Assembly: GCA_032128375.1 (NCBI GenBank)
Contig: JAQBGU010000159.1
Location: 1-31,528, forward strand
DNA length: 31,528 nt
Direction: 5' to 3'
From: Deltaproteobacteria bacterium
GTDB taxonomy: Bacteria > Myxococcota_A > UBA9160 > SMWR01
Part shown: in pieces, positions 9,908 through 20,255 of the stretch
Numbering within the stretch: position 1 is the stretch's first letter
Layout: each line of letters begins with the position of its first letter
Translations under genes and position numbers: made by a program
Notes under the pieces: model-generated
What the model was told of the DNA's origin: nothing
Database searches by the model: none
Seen by the model: the letters and a program-made list of their open reading frames with translations, nothing else

Positions 9908-12676
9908 TCAGCTCTCCGCCACCTTCTTTGTGCCGACCTTCTTCTTCGAAGCCTTCCGCTTGGAGGTCTTCTTGGCCACTTTCTTCTTGGCCGTTTTCCG
10001 CTTGCTGACCTTCTTGGCGGCCTTCTTCAGCTCGACCTTCACGGGCGGGAGTTCCTCGACCCATTTGCCATCGAGGTAGGTGGCTCTCCAGCCGGTTGCC
10101 TTGCCATCGTCTTCGGTCATGACGTACTGCTCCTTCGTCTTGCGAAGGAAGCGCACCATGGCCGGGTTTCCCTCCGGATCGGTCCGGGGCGCATCGGCGA
10201 GGTATTGGTATTTGGGGTCGAGCTGTTCCTTGATCGGGGCAATTTCATCGACTTTTGGCGCGCGCGTCTCGCGATGCTTCGGGAACTGGCTGGCTGCCAG
10301 GAAAATCCCAGCCGCGCCGTCTCGCAGCAAGTAGAAATCGTCACATTTTTCGCATTTCAAGTGCGGCAGCGGAATCGGGTCGACCTTCGGCGGCGCGGGC
10401 TCACCGTTGCGAAGCAGCTTGCGGGTGTTCTTGCAATCTTCTGCAATGCAACCGAAGTATTTTCCGAAGCGGCCACTCTTGAGCTGCATCTCGTCGCCAC
10501 ACTTGTCGCACTCGAGCATCGGCCCGTCGTAGCCCTTCAGTACGAAAAGACCTGTTTCGACCTCGAAGCCGCTGCAATCGGGGTTTCGTCCGCACACATG
10601 GAGCTTGCGCGTCTCGTCGATCAGGTAGCTATCCATGGCCGTCGTGCACGTAGGGCAGCGGCGCTTTTTCATCAGCAGGAGCGACTCGCCCTCATCCTCG
10701 TCTTCTGCTTCGGTGCTGATCGCTTCATCGCCGGAAGTGAGGTTGATCGTCGACTTGCAGCGTTCCTTCGGCGGTAGTGCATAGCCCGAGCAACCGAGGA
10801 ATACGCCCGTCGAAGCGGTTCTCACCTGCAGGTGGCGGCCGCATTTCGGGCACCCGATGTCGGTATTGGTCGGCGCATTCGAGCGCATTCCGCCCTTTTC
10901 GCTGCCGGCTTCATCGACCTTCTTCTTGAAATCCTTGTAGAAATCGGACAGCACCGTTTTCCACTGCTTCTTGCCCACCGCGATGTCATCGAGTGACTCC
11001 TCGAGGTCCGCGGTAAACCGGAAGTCCATCAGGTTCTCGAAGTTCTCGACCAGTCGTTCGGTGACGATGTCACCCATCTTCTCGGCGTAGAACCGGCGGT
11101 TGTCCAGGCGCGCATAGCCGCGATCCTGGATCGTCGAAATGATCGACGCATAGGTCGAGGGGCGACCGATCCCCTTCTTTTCCAGCTCCTTCACCAGCGC
11201 CGCTTCGCTGAAGCGCGGCGGCGGCTTTGTGAAGTGCTGCACGGGATCGATCTTGCGCAGGGTGAGCGCCTCACCGACCTGGATGTCGGGTAGCGGTGCG
11301 TTCTTGTCGTTCGGCTTGCCGCTCGTCGGCTGCACGCGTGTGTAGCCGTCGAACACCAGGATGCGTCCACGGGTGCGCAGTTCGAATGGTTCAACGTTGA
11401 CGACGATCGACGTACTCAGGTATTCGGCCGGCGGCATCTGACAGCCGACGAACTGGTTCCAGATCATCTCATACATCCGCTGCTGGTCTCGCTCGAGGTC
11501 TTCGATCTGGTCGGGTGAAACCGAAACGTCGGAAGGGCGGATGGCCTCATGAGCCTCCTGCGCGCCCTGCTTGCTCGAGTAGCGCAGTGCTTCTTCGGGC
11601 AGGTAGCGATCGCCGAAGTTCGCTTGGATGTATCCGCGGCACGACTCGACTGCGTCGTTGCTGAGGTTGGTCGAGTCGGTTCGCATGTAGGTAATGTGGC
11701 CGGCCTCGTACAGCCGCTGAGCGAGCACCATCGTCTTCTTGACGCCGAAGCCGAGCCGAGTGCTGGCTGCTTGCTGAAGTGTCGAGGTGATATAAGGGGC
11801 GGTCGGCTTGGTTCGGGTGGGCTTGTCGTTTCGCTCGTCTACCTGGTAGCTACCGGCTTCGAGCAAGATGACTGCGGCATCCGTCTCGGCCTGGTTGGTC
11901 GGACGAAACTCTTTACCGTCGCGCTTCATGACCTGCAGACGCAGCCCGATGGCCCGGTCGTTGGCGACGTCTGCGAAGACTTCCCAGAATTCTTCTGGGT
12001 TGAAGGCGCCAATCTCCCGCTCGCGGTCCACGATCACCCGCACTGCGACTGATTGGACCCGGCCGGCGGACAGCCCGCGGGCAACCTTCGACCACAATAG
12101 CGGCGACAGCATGTAACCGACGACGCGGTCCAGAAAACGCCTCGCCTGCTGCGCGTTCACGCGCGACAGGTCGAGTTCGCCGGGATCTTGGAATGCTTCC
12201 TGGATCGCGGATTTCGTGATCTCGTTGAACACGACCCGTTTGAAGCGGGCGTCGTCGCCGCCGATCACCTCGCGCAGATGCCAGGCGATCGCCTCGCCTT
12301 CGCGGTCGAGGTCGGTTGCCAGATAGATGGTGTCCGCGCTCTTGGCCAGCTGCTGCAGCTGGGCAACGACCTTCTCCTTGCCGGGAAGGATCTCGTAGTT
12401 GGCCTGCCAGTCATTCGCGGGATCGATTCCCATCCGGGCGATCAGCGCGATCTGCGCCTTCTTCTTTTTATGTGCCGCGCGCTTCGCGGGCGGAAGTTTG
12501 CGGGTGATTGCCGCCGCGGCGGCACGCGCTTTCGCGTCGATGGGCTTGCCGGTGCCAGACACCGGCAGGTCTCGGATATGCCCCACACTCGATTTCACAA
12601 CAAAATCTTTGCCGAGATATTTGTTGATCGTCTTCGCTTTGGCGGGCGATTCCACTATGACGAGCGATTTCCCCAT
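9908..12676 (-). CDS. topA: DNA topoisomerase I (type IA)
   Basis: [50 protein letters not shown], catalytic ITYMRTDS, three C4 zinc ribbons; GGAG RBS before ATG 12676. Confidence 0.97.
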   Translation of the reverse strand: MGKSLVIVESPAKAKTINKYLGKDFVVKSSVGHIRDLPVSGTGKPIDAKARAAAAAITRKLPPAKRAAHKKKKAQIALIARMGIDPANDWQANYEILPGKEKVVAQLQQLAKSADTIYLATDLDREGEAIAWHLREVIGGDDARFKRVVFNEITKSAIQEAFQDPGELDLSRVNAQQARRFLDRVVGYMLSPLLWSKVARGLSAGRVQSVAVRVIVDREREIGAFNPEEFWEVFADVANDRAIGLRLQVMKRDGKEFRPTNQAETDAAVILLEAGSYQVDERNDKPTRTKPTAPYITSTLQQAASTRLGFGVKKTMVLAQRLYEAGHITYMRTDSTNLSNDAVESCRGYIQANFGDRYLPEEALRYSSKQGAQEAHEAIRPSDVSVSPDQIEDLERDQQRMYEMIWNQFVGCQMPPAEYLSTSIVVNVEPFELRTRGRILVFDGYTRVQPTSGKPNDKNAPLPDIQVGEALTLRKIDPVQHFTKPPPRFSEAALVKELEKKGIGRPSTYASIISTIQDRGYARLDNRRFYAEKMGDIVTERLVENFENLMDFRFTADLEESLDDIAVGKKQWKTVLSDFYKDFKKKVDEAGSEKGGMRSNAPTNTDIGCPKCGRHLQVRTASTGVFLGCSGYALPPKERCKSTINLTSGDEAISTEAEDEDEGESLLLMKKRRCPTCTTAMDSYLIDETRKLHVCGRNPDCSGFEVETGLFVLKGYDGPMLECDKCGDEMQLKSGRFGKYFGCIAEDCKNTRKLLRNGEPAPPKVDPIPLPHLKCEKCDDFYLLRDGAAGIFLAASQFPKHRETRAPKVDEIAPIKEQLDPKYQYLADAPRTDPEGNPAMVRFLRKTKEQYVMTEDDGKATGWRATYLDGKWVEELPPVKVELKKAAKKVSKRKTAKKKVAKKTSKRKASKKKVGTKKVAES

Positions 12677-12840
12677 GGTTCTCCGGATTCCCTGCGGTCC
12701 CGTGGTGGTTCGGTGTTGGCGGACACAGCGGGGATCGGAACCGGGCAACTGATTCTTGAGACCAGAACCGCCCGGGCCTCGAGCCCCGATTGCGATCCGT
12801 GTAGCACAGGTCTCGGGCAGCGCGAAAACTGGGTCAAATG

Positions 12841-12895
12841 AGACCCGAATCAACCGATGTTTGATTCGGATCTTTCCCCGTGGGGGAATCGGGTC
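12841..12895. other. Inverted-repeat cluster between ETF-QO stop and topA start (possible terminator or regulatory hairpins)
   Basis: AGAC-CCGAATCAA-7nt-TTGATTCGG-ATCT stem (12841-12873) followed by a TTCCCC/GGGGAA stem (12874-12888). Confidence 0.4.
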
Positions 12896-12937
12896 AGAGC
12901 GGCACGAAAACGGGCGCGCTGAGGTGCGCGCTCGGGG

Positions 12938-14632
12938 CTACATCAGCGTGTAATCGGGTCCCTCACCGCCCTCGGGCGGTGTCCAGGTGATGATCTGGTA
13001 CGGGTCTGCGATGTCGCAGGTCTTGCAATGCACGCAGTTTTCGTGATGGATGAACATCTGCTTGCTGCCTGGGTTGTTCGGGTCGTCCACCATTTCGTAT
13101 ACGGCGGCCGGGCAGAATTTCTCGCACGGGTTTCCGAATTCCTCCGCACAGGTCGTCGCGCACACATTGGTATCCAAAACCTTCAGGTGCGGGGGTTGGT
13201 CGGCTTCGTGTGCGGTGCCGCTGAAGCCAACCAGATGTTCCTTACTGAAAGTCAGTACGCCATCGAACACCATGGGCTCTGGCTCTCGCATGTCCTCTGG
13301 GAGTTCCCACAGCCGCTTCATGGCGGTGTGCCCTGGCTCGGTGGCGATCGGGTCGATCAACCCACGGCCCCCGGTGACGATCATCAGCGGGATGTTCACA
13401 AACATGCCGAAGGCCGGCGCGATGTGATTGGAGCCTGTGAAGTTTCGCGCCGAGCGGTGTTCTTCATACGCCCAACTGGTGCGGTAGCGCTCGGTATAGC
13501 CACCGAGAGTCCGCGTGCTGAAGTCGTCGGCTTTCAGTGCATCGATGAGAGTTTCGGCGGCGAGCACGCCCGTCTTGATTGCCATGTGGACGCCGGCCAG
13601 CTTCATGATGTTGAGCATGCCTGCCGAGTCCCCAATCAGCATCGCACCGTTGGTGTATAGCTTCGGCTGCGCGTACAGGCCGCCGCTGGGAACGCACTTC
13701 GCGCCGTAGCGCACGAGTTCCGCGCCATCGAGCAGGTCGCGCATGAACGGCGTGGTCTTGAAGAACTGCGCGGCGCGGTGCGGATCGCAGTTGGGATTTT
13801 CTGAATCCAACGGCGTCACGTAGCCGTACGATACGAGGTTGTCCGCCATGTCGTACAGCCACATGCCGTTGACCTGCGTGAAAAAATCGGGGAAAAGCGA
13901 GCCGTGGATCACGCGGCCGGGCTTGTGCTTTTCCGGTTTGACGCGCCAGATTTCCTTGATGCCGGTTTCGAAGGTCGGCGGGTTCTGGCCGTGTAGATCG
14001 AACTGGTCGATCAGCTGCTTGGTCAGGCTGCCGCGCACGCCTTCGGCCATGATCGTGCACTTGGCGATGATGTCCATGCCGGGTTGAAAGGTCGGCTTAT
14101 GCGCGCCGTTCTTGTCGATTCCCATGTCGCCCGTGCGAACACCGATCACCTTGTCGCCATCGGTGAGAAGTGTGGCACCGGCGAATCCGGGATAGATCTC
14201 GACGCCCACTTCCTCGCACTTCTCGCCCAGCCACTTGACGACGTTCGACAGCGAGATGACGTAGTTGCCGTTCTTCTGAAACATCGGGGGTGCGATGGGT
14301 GACTTGATCGAACCGGAGCGAGAGAACAGGTAGAAGTAGCTGTCGGTCACCTTGTGCTCGATCGGGAAGCCCTGCTCGAGGAAGTCGGGCATCAGTTCTT
14401 CGATCGCGCGCGGGTTCATGACTGCGCCGGAAAGCTGGTGGTCGCCGAGTCTGGCGCCCTTTTCGATCACGAGCACGGTCGGCTCTTCGATCGGTTCGTC
14501 GCCCGTCTGCTGGCATTTTGCATTGTGGGCGGCGACCGATTTCATCAAGTGGTAGGCCGATGCCAGTGTTGCGGGACCCGCACCGACGTACAGGACATCG
14601 ACTTCCATGCTCTCGCGTTCGATCTCGCTCAT
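12938..14632 (-). CDS. Electron transfer flavoprotein:quinone oxidoreductase (FAD + 4Fe-4S)
   Basis: RESMEVDVLYVGAGPA, LSGAVMNPRA, AEGVRGSL, C-terminal PCEKFCPAAVYE..NCVHCKTCDIADPYQIITWTPPEGGEGP; AGGA RBS before ATG 14632. Confidence 0.93.
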   Translation of the reverse strand: MSEIERESMEVDVLYVGAGPATLASAYHLMKSVAAHNAKCQQTGDEPIEEPTVLVIEKGARLGDHQLSGAVMNPRAIEELMPDFLEQGFPIEHKVTDSYFYLFSRSGSIKSPIAPPMFQKNGNYVISLSNVVKWLGEKCEEVGVEIYPGFAGATLLTDGDKVIGVRTGDMGIDKNGAHKPTFQPGMDIIAKCTIMAEGVRGSLTKQLIDQFDLHGQNPPTFETGIKEIWRVKPEKHKPGRVIHGSLFPDFFTQVNGMWLYDMADNLVSYGYVTPLDSENPNCDPHRAAQFFKTTPFMRDLLDGAELVRYGAKCVPSGGLYAQPKLYTNGAMLIGDSAGMLNIMKLAGVHMAIKTGVLAAETLIDALKADDFSTRTLGGYTERYRTSWAYEEHRSARNFTGSNHIAPAFGMFVNIPLMIVTGGRGLIDPIATEPGHTAMKRLWELPEDMREPEPMVFDGVLTFSKEHLVGFSGTAHEADQPPHLKVLDTNVCATTCAEEFGNPCEKFCPAAVYEMVDDPNNPGSKQMFIHHENCVHCKTCDIADPYQIITWTPPEGGEGPDYTLM

Positions 14633-14896
14633 TTTGTCCTTTTCTCCTGGCGGGTTGCGAAATTGGCCGGGCGACCGCCATGCCGCGCCGCGATTTTTGA
14701 GAGGCCAGCCATGCAAGCGGTGCCGGGCGGACGTGTACTCCACTGGCGTTGCGAGTGATCCCTCGACCACTGTAACAAAATGAGCGGGAGCACTCCCGCC
14801 GAACGCCCTGATTTCCCGCGGGGACAGCCAGGAAATCAGCGTGGCTTCTCTTCGAGCGACTAGAATGGACCCGCGCGAAAGCGAAGGAGGCCAAGC

Positions 14897-15379
14897 ATGA
14901 CTGATTCCATTTACGACATCGAAGTCGAGTCGCTGACGGGTGAGACGCACACGCTCTCCGAACACCGAGACAAAGTGATGTTGATTGTGAATACCGCGAG
15001 CAAGTGCGGTTTTACCCCGCAGTATCAGGGGCTGCAGGAGCTGTACGACGATTACCGGGATCGCGGACTCGTGGTGCTGGGGTTTCCGTGTAACCAGTTC
15101 GGCCAACAGGAGCCCGGCGAAGAAGCCGAGATCGGCGCGTTCTGCCAGAAGAACTACGCTGTGAGTTTTCCGATGCACGCGAAGATCGACGTGAACGGGA
15201 GCGATACACACCCGCTGTACGTCCGACTCAAGCGTTCCGCGAAGGGGCTACTCGGCAGCGAGAGAATCAAGTGGAACTTCACGAAGTTCCTGGTGGACCG
15301 GGAGGGCCGCGTCATCGAGCGCTTTGCTTCGATCACGAAGCCGGCCCAGCTGGCCGAGAAGATCGAGGGCTTGTTGTAG
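14897..15379 (+). CDS. Glutathione/thioredoxin peroxidase (Cys-type GPx, BtuE-like)
   Basis: NTASKCGFTPQY, LGFPCNQFGQQEPG, IKWNFTKFLVDREG; AGGAGG RBS. Confidence 0.95.
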   Translation: MTDSIYDIEVESLTGETHTLSEHRDKVMLIVNTASKCGFTPQYQGLQELYDDYRDRGLVVLGFPCNQFGQQEPGEEAEIGAFCQKNYAVSFPMHAKIDVNGSDTHPLYVRLKRSAKGLLGSERIKWNFTKFLVDREGRVIERFASITKPAQLAEKIEGLL

Positions 15380-15535
15380 TGACTTCGTTCGGCTCGAAAT
15401 CGACAAGCTGACGAGGTCTTGGCTGGCCTCGATCTCGCCGGTCGCGTGGTGGTGGTTACCGGCGGAAACAGGGGCATCGGCTTCGAAGCTACGCGCGCGT
15501 TCGCTGCCCGCGGAGCGACGCTAGAACTGGCCTGA
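15379..15535 (+). pseudogene. Frameshifted, truncated N-terminal fragment of an SDR oxidoreductase
   Basis: GTG overlapping the GPx stop reads MTSFGSKST, then after one extra base ADEVLAGLDLAGRVVVVTGGNRGIGFEATRAFAARGATLELA* with an intact TGxxxGIG Rossmann motif. Confidence 0.75.
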
Positions 15536-15591
15536 TCGCGGCCGTCCGAACGGTTCGCTTCCCGTAGCGCGCGCTCACGCCTGGGTCTGGT

Positions 15592-16824
15592 TCACGGTTG
15601 CGTGGTTGCGCCCCCGCGCAATAGGAATGGCAGCGCGATCGCCACACAGAGCATCTCGGAAATTCCCGCCACGATGAATGCGGCTCGATAACCGATCGCC
15701 CAGTCCGATTGCGCCGCGACGGCCTGGCTGATCGCTCCGCCAGCAAGCGGGCCGATAATGAAGCCCAACGAGCCCGCTGCATTGAAGGCGCCGAGGGCGG
15801 TAGCCCGAATTTCATCGGGTGCAATTTGTGTCGTCATGACCATTGACGGCACGAACATGATCGCAGCCGAGATCCCAATGAAAAACATCAATCCGTTGAG
15901 GTACGGGGGACCCACGAAGCCGACCGCCGCGGTACCCAGCCCATAGATCACGCTTCCGCCGCACAACAGCAGTGGAATCGAGACCCGCTCGGCCAATCGG
16001 CCGAATGGGTACGAGAGCAGCGCGAATGGGATCATGAAAACCGCGATCGACACACCGATCTCGGCCGGCGCAAGCGAGTGGATCCTCCGCAGGTACAGCG
16101 AGAACGTCGTGGTAAAAAAGCCCACCGTAAACCGGTCGGCAAACGCGAACGCCAGCGGGATTCCCAGGCGCGGGTGCGCGCGGAGCGCGCTTGCGATCTC
16201 GAGCATGCCGGGTCGATGGTCGTACCCGTGATCGTCAGCGACAGTGGCAGCGGCCAACAGGGCTGCCGCGAAAGCCAGCGCGCCGCCCGTGAGAAGAGGT
16301 AGCAGCGTGGCCGACTGACCGAGCAAGCCGCCCAGCGGGGCGCCCAGCGCGACCCCGAGCATCATGCTGCCACCGACCACGCCCATCGCACGGCCGCGCT
16401 GTTTGTCCGGCAGTGCCTTCGAGGCGAACATCAGCAGCACCGATAGCGCCGTGATGTGCGCGCACCCCTCGGCGAATCGGATGGCCAGAAATCCCCAAAA
16501 CGGAGCGGGCGCCGCCAACCCGAAAAAACAGCTGGCATCGATCGCCAACGCAACGACGAGCAGCCGGCGTTTCCGTCCCCAGCGATCGGAGAACACCCCT
16601 GCCAGCGGCGCCATCAACAGCGCACCGATCATGTTGACCGACATGAATAGTGACGTCGCGAACTCCGACACCGCGAAGCGCTCGCTGACGAGTTCGCGGA
16701 GTACCGGGACCGGCATCGTCACAGGTGCCATGATCGACATCGCCAGAAGTCCGAGCACTGCGAGCTGCCGGCCGTCCGAACGTGTCTTCGAATGGCGCGT
16801 ATCGGCACGGGTCGAATCGGTCAC
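15592..16824 (-). CDS. Major facilitator superfamily transporter
   Basis: About 12 TM helices, motif A GVFSDRWGRKR, RFAEG, QRGRAMG, second-half GRLAERVS. Confidence 0.92.
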   Translation of the reverse strand: MTDSTRADTRHSKTRSDGRQLAVLGLLAMSIMAPVTMPVPVLRELVSERFAVSEFATSLFMSVNMIGALLMAPLAGVFSDRWGRKRRLLVVALAIDASCFFGLAAPAPFWGFLAIRFAEGCAHITALSVLLMFASKALPDKQRGRAMGVVGGSMMLGVALGAPLGGLLGQSATLLPLLTGGALAFAAALLAAATVADDHGYDHRPGMLEIASALRAHPRLGIPLAFAFADRFTVGFFTTTFSLYLRRIHSLAPAEIGVSIAVFMIPFALLSYPFGRLAERVSIPLLLCGGSVIYGLGTAAVGFVGPPYLNGLMFFIGISAAIMFVPSMVMTTQIAPDEIRATALGAFNAAGSLGFIIGPLAGGAISQAVAAQSDWAIGYRAAFIVAGISEMLCVAIALPFLLRGGATTQP

Positions 16825-16971
16825 GCTCGGATCCTAGCAGTGGGTGTGGAGGCTGACGGAGCCAATCCCGCAGCCTGGGGATCCGTTGGCAACGGCGCCG
16901 AACTCGAGCCTGTGCAGAGGCATTGCGCTCTGGCGACCGTCCGCGAAAGTATGTGATCGGAGGAACACCAA

Positions 16972-19122
16972 GTGAGCAGCCGATCCGGCGGTACCGATGA
17001 ACCGAACCCGTTACTCGATGCGAGCGGTCTACCGCGCTTCGACCTGATCGGCCCCGAGCATGTCAATGCGGCAATGAATTCGCTGCTCGAACAGCTCGAG
17101 TCAAACTTGTCGGCACTGGAAGCCTCACTCGAAGCCGCATCGACCGGAGACCGCGCGACCCCTCCTCGAACTTCGACGACCTGGGACGATTTGATCGTTC
17201 CGATCGAGCGAATCGGCGACCGGCTGGGCCTGGCCTGGGGAACCGTGCGTCACTTGATGGGGGTCCGAAACAGCGATGAGCTGCGCGAAGCACACGAATC
17301 GGTGCAGCCCGAGGTCGTGAAGTTCGCAACGCGAATGGCACAGAGCCCCCAGGTCTATCGCGGGCTGATCGAGCTTCGCGAGGGCGAGCCATGGGGACGG
17401 CTCGACGCGAGCCAACGTCGGATCGTCGAAGTGCTGATCCGAGACGCACGGCTTTCGGGTGTCGGGCTCGAGGGAGTGGCGAAAGAGCGCTTCAGCGCGA
17501 TCCAGGTCGAGCTGGCCGAATTGGCCACACAGTTTGGCAATCACGTACTCGATGCTACGAAGGCGTTCGCGCTCGAGCTGACCACACCCGATGAGGTCGC
17601 CGGTCTGCCGGCAAGCGCACGCGCGCTGGCCGCTCAGGCTGCCCAGGCTGAAGGGCACGGGGGGGCGAGCGCAGAAACGGGGCCCTGGCGCGTAACACTG
17701 GACGCGCCTTCGCTGGTTCCCTTCTTGCAGCACGCGACCCGACGAGATCTTCGTGAGTTGCTGTACCGCGCCAATATTGCGATCGCCAGCAGTGGCGAGC
17801 TGAACAACGCCGATCTGATCGACCGGATCCTCGCGCTGAGACTCGAAGAGTCGAAGCTGCTTGGTTTCGACAATTTCGCGCAGCTGAGCCTGGCCTCGAA
17901 GATGGCGCCAGATGTCACAGCCGTGGAGCAGCTCCTCGAAGAAATGCGAACCGCATCTTACGATGCCGCCTCCCGCGAACTGGACGAGCTGCGAGAGTTC
18001 GCGCGCGACTCGGGTGCCGACTTGACCGACGGGCTGCGTCACTGGGACATCCTGTTCTGGGCCGAACGACTTCGCGAGGCGCTCTTCGATTACACCGACG
18101 AGGAGCTGCGGCCGCATTTCTCGCTCGAGCGGGTTCTCGCCGGCCTGTTCGATCTTTCGCGTCGGCTGTTCGGTATTCAGATCGACGCAGCCGACGGTGA
18201 GACGCCGGTCTGGCACGAGGATGTCCGCTTCTTTCGCGTGTGCGATGACGCAGGCGTGCCGATGGCCGCGTTTTTCCTGGACCCCTACAGCCGTCCGGCA
18301 GAAAAGCGCGGCGGCGCGTGGATGGACGAATGCGTCGGCCGCGCGCGGCGTCCCGACGGGCTGCGACTACCCGTTGCATACCTGATCTGCAACCAGACGC
18401 CCCCCGTGGGGGACAAGCCGTCGCTGATGACCTTCCGCGAAGTGGAGACGCTGTTTCACGAATTCGGTCACGGCTTGCAGCACATGTTGACGACGATCGA
18501 CGAACCGCTTGCCGCCGGGATTCGCAACGTGGAATGGGACGCGGTGGAGCTGCCGAGCCAATTCATGGAAAATTGGTGCTACCACAGAGAGACGCTGATG
18601 GCTCTGGCGGTCCACTACGAGACGGGCGCGGCGCTCCCCGATGCGCTGTTCGACAAGATCACATCAGCGCGTACCTACCGCGCCGGAAGCGACACGTTGC
18701 GACAGGTGTTCTTCGCATTGACCGATCTCGAGCTGCATTCCCGCTTCGTGCCCGGTGCCAAAGAGAACGCGTTCGATGTCGAACGCCGCGTCGCCGAGCG
18801 CGCCACAGTGATGGCACCGCTGCCCGACGATCGCTTCTTGTGCAAGTTCGGCCACATCTTCGGGGGCGGCTACGCCGCGGGCTACTACTCCTACAAGTGG
18901 GCCGAGGTGCTCAGCGCGGACGCGTTCGCCGCGTTCGAGGAAGTGGGACTCGGCAATCACGAAGCCGTTCGCGGCACGGGTCGTCGCTTTCGCGATACCG
19001 TGCTGGGGCTCGGAGGAAGTCAGACTGCGATGGAGACGTTTGTTGCATTCCGCGGCCGTGAGCCGAGCACCGAAGCACTGCTGCGACATTCAGGACTCGC
19101 TGGGCTAGGCGTGGAGGGTTGA
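16972..19122 (+). CDS. prlC: Oligopeptidase A (M3A metallopeptidase)
   Basis: NPLL..GLPRFD, KRGGAWMD, LFHEFGHGLQHML (HEXXH), VEWDAVELPSQFMENW, GGYAAGYYSYKWAEVLSADAF. Confidence 0.93.
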   Translation: MSSRSGGTDEPNPLLDASGLPRFDLIGPEHVNAAMNSLLEQLESNLSALEASLEAASTGDRATPPRTSTTWDDLIVPIERIGDRLGLAWGTVRHLMGVRNSDELREAHESVQPEVVKFATRMAQSPQVYRGLIELREGEPWGRLDASQRRIVEVLIRDARLSGVGLEGVAKERFSAIQVELAELATQFGNHVLDATKAFALELTTPDEVAGLPASARALAAQAAQAEGHGGASAETGPWRVTLDAPSLVPFLQHATRRDLRELLYRANIAIASSGELNNADLIDRILALRLEESKLLGFDNFAQLSLASKMAPDVTAVEQLLEEMRTASYDAASRELDELREFARDSGADLTDGLRHWDILFWAERLREALFDYTDEELRPHFSLERVLAGLFDLSRRLFGIQIDAADGETPVWHEDVRFFRVCDDAGVPMAAFFLDPYSRPAEKRGGAWMDECVGRARRPDGLRLPVAYLICNQTPPVGDKPSLMTFREVETLFHEFGHGLQHMLTTIDEPLAAGIRNVEWDAVELPSQFMENWCYHRETLMALAVHYETGAALPDALFDKITSARTYRAGSDTLRQVFFALTDLELHSRFVPGAKENAFDVERRVAERATVMAPLPDDRFLCKFGHIFGGGYAAGYYSYKWAEVLSADAFAAFEEVGLGNHEAVRGTGRRFRDTVLGLGGSQTAMETFVAFRGREPSTEALLRHSGLAGLGVEG

Positions 19123-19125
19123 GTC

Positions 19126-20043
19126 GTGGCTGACTCAACGCAAAGCACAAGCGAAATCCCGGTGATCATCGAGGCCGCGATCAACGGCGAGACCCGGCCG
19201 GATCGCAACCCCAACGCGCCCCGCAAGGCAGCCGAGATCATCGCGGACGTGTTTCGCTGCCTCGATGCCGGTGCGTCGATCATCCACGCCCATACCGAAG
19301 ACATCATGAAGACCGGCCGCGAAGCCGCCGAGCTGTACCTGGCCGCATGGCGTCCGATCCTGGCCGCACGGCCCGATACGCTGTGGTATCCGACATTGGG
19401 TGCCGGTGCAGACGCGGCCGAAAGTCGGTCGCACATCGATGTGATCGCGGATCAGATCGAGCTGCGGCTCGGCTTGTGTGACCCGGGTTCGACCAATGTG
19501 GGTGCGCCGGACGCGGATGGCCTGCCCGTGGGAATGGTCTATTCGAATAGCTATGAAGACACGCGGCTGGCCCTCGAGCAGTGCGAACGGCTCCGCATCG
19601 GCCCGTCACTCGCGATCTACGAACCGGGCTGGTTGCGAACGACGCTTGCGTTCCAGCGAGCGGGTCGGCTGCCGGCTGGTGCGATGCTGAAGCTGTATTT
19701 CGGGGGCGACTATGGCTTGTTCGCGACCCAGCCCGGCGTGAGTTTCGGCTTGCCGCCCACGGTCAATGCGTTGATGGCGTACCTCGATCTGCTGGAGGGA
19801 AGCGATCTGCCGTGGTCGGTCTCTGTTTGGGGGGGTGACCTGTTCGAGACCCCGATCGCGCGGCGGGCGCTGGAGCTAGGCGGCCACTTGCACGTCGGCC
19901 TCGAAGAGCACATGCACCCGGAACACAAGCCGACCAATCAGGAAATCGTGATGCAAGCTGCGGCGCTGGTTGCGGAAATCGGGCGGCCGGTAGCCAGCGC
20001 TGCGGAGGCTGCCCGGCTCCTGGCGCTGCCCAAGTCGGTCTGA
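19126..20043 (+). CDS. BKACE / 3-keto-5-aminohexanoate cleavage enzyme family (DUF849)
   Basis: VIIEAAING, NPNAP, AGASIIHAH (HxH), GGHLHVGLEE. Confidence 0.88.
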   Translation: MADSTQSTSEIPVIIEAAINGETRPDRNPNAPRKAAEIIADVFRCLDAGASIIHAHTEDIMKTGREAAELYLAAWRPILAARPDTLWYPTLGAGADAAESRSHIDVIADQIELRLGLCDPGSTNVGAPDADGLPVGMVYSNSYEDTRLALEQCERLRIGPSLAIYEPGWLRTTLAFQRAGRLPAGAMLKLYFGGDYGLFATQPGVSFGLPPTVNALMAYLDLLEGSDLPWSVSVWGGDLFETPIARRALELGGHLHVGLEEHMHPEHKPTNQEIVMQAAALVAEIGRPVASAAEAARLLALPKSV

Positions 20044-20255
20044 GCTGCGGGCTTGCTCTGGTGCGCCGACGAGGCGCGAGAGCCCCGGGGGATCACCTGT
20101 TTGCGCGCCGCGATCCCATCGCTTAAACAATGACCGTCTCGAGTGGCTGGCTTCATTGACGCCTGCGGCCGAAACCCCGGCTTTCACCGCTCTTTTTACG
20201 CTCTCTTTCAACCCAAGAAACGGCTGTCAGCTCTGCGAGCCGCCCACGAGGAACG

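Noticed and set aside
14897..15379. Possible selenocysteine GPx
   Set aside because: The active-site codon is TGC (ASKCG), not TGA
19120..19128. prlC and the BKACE gene are in frame across a single TGA (possible readthrough fusion)
   Set aside because: Both proteins are complete with normal termini; in-frame spacing has a 1-in-3 chance and no recoding signal is evident
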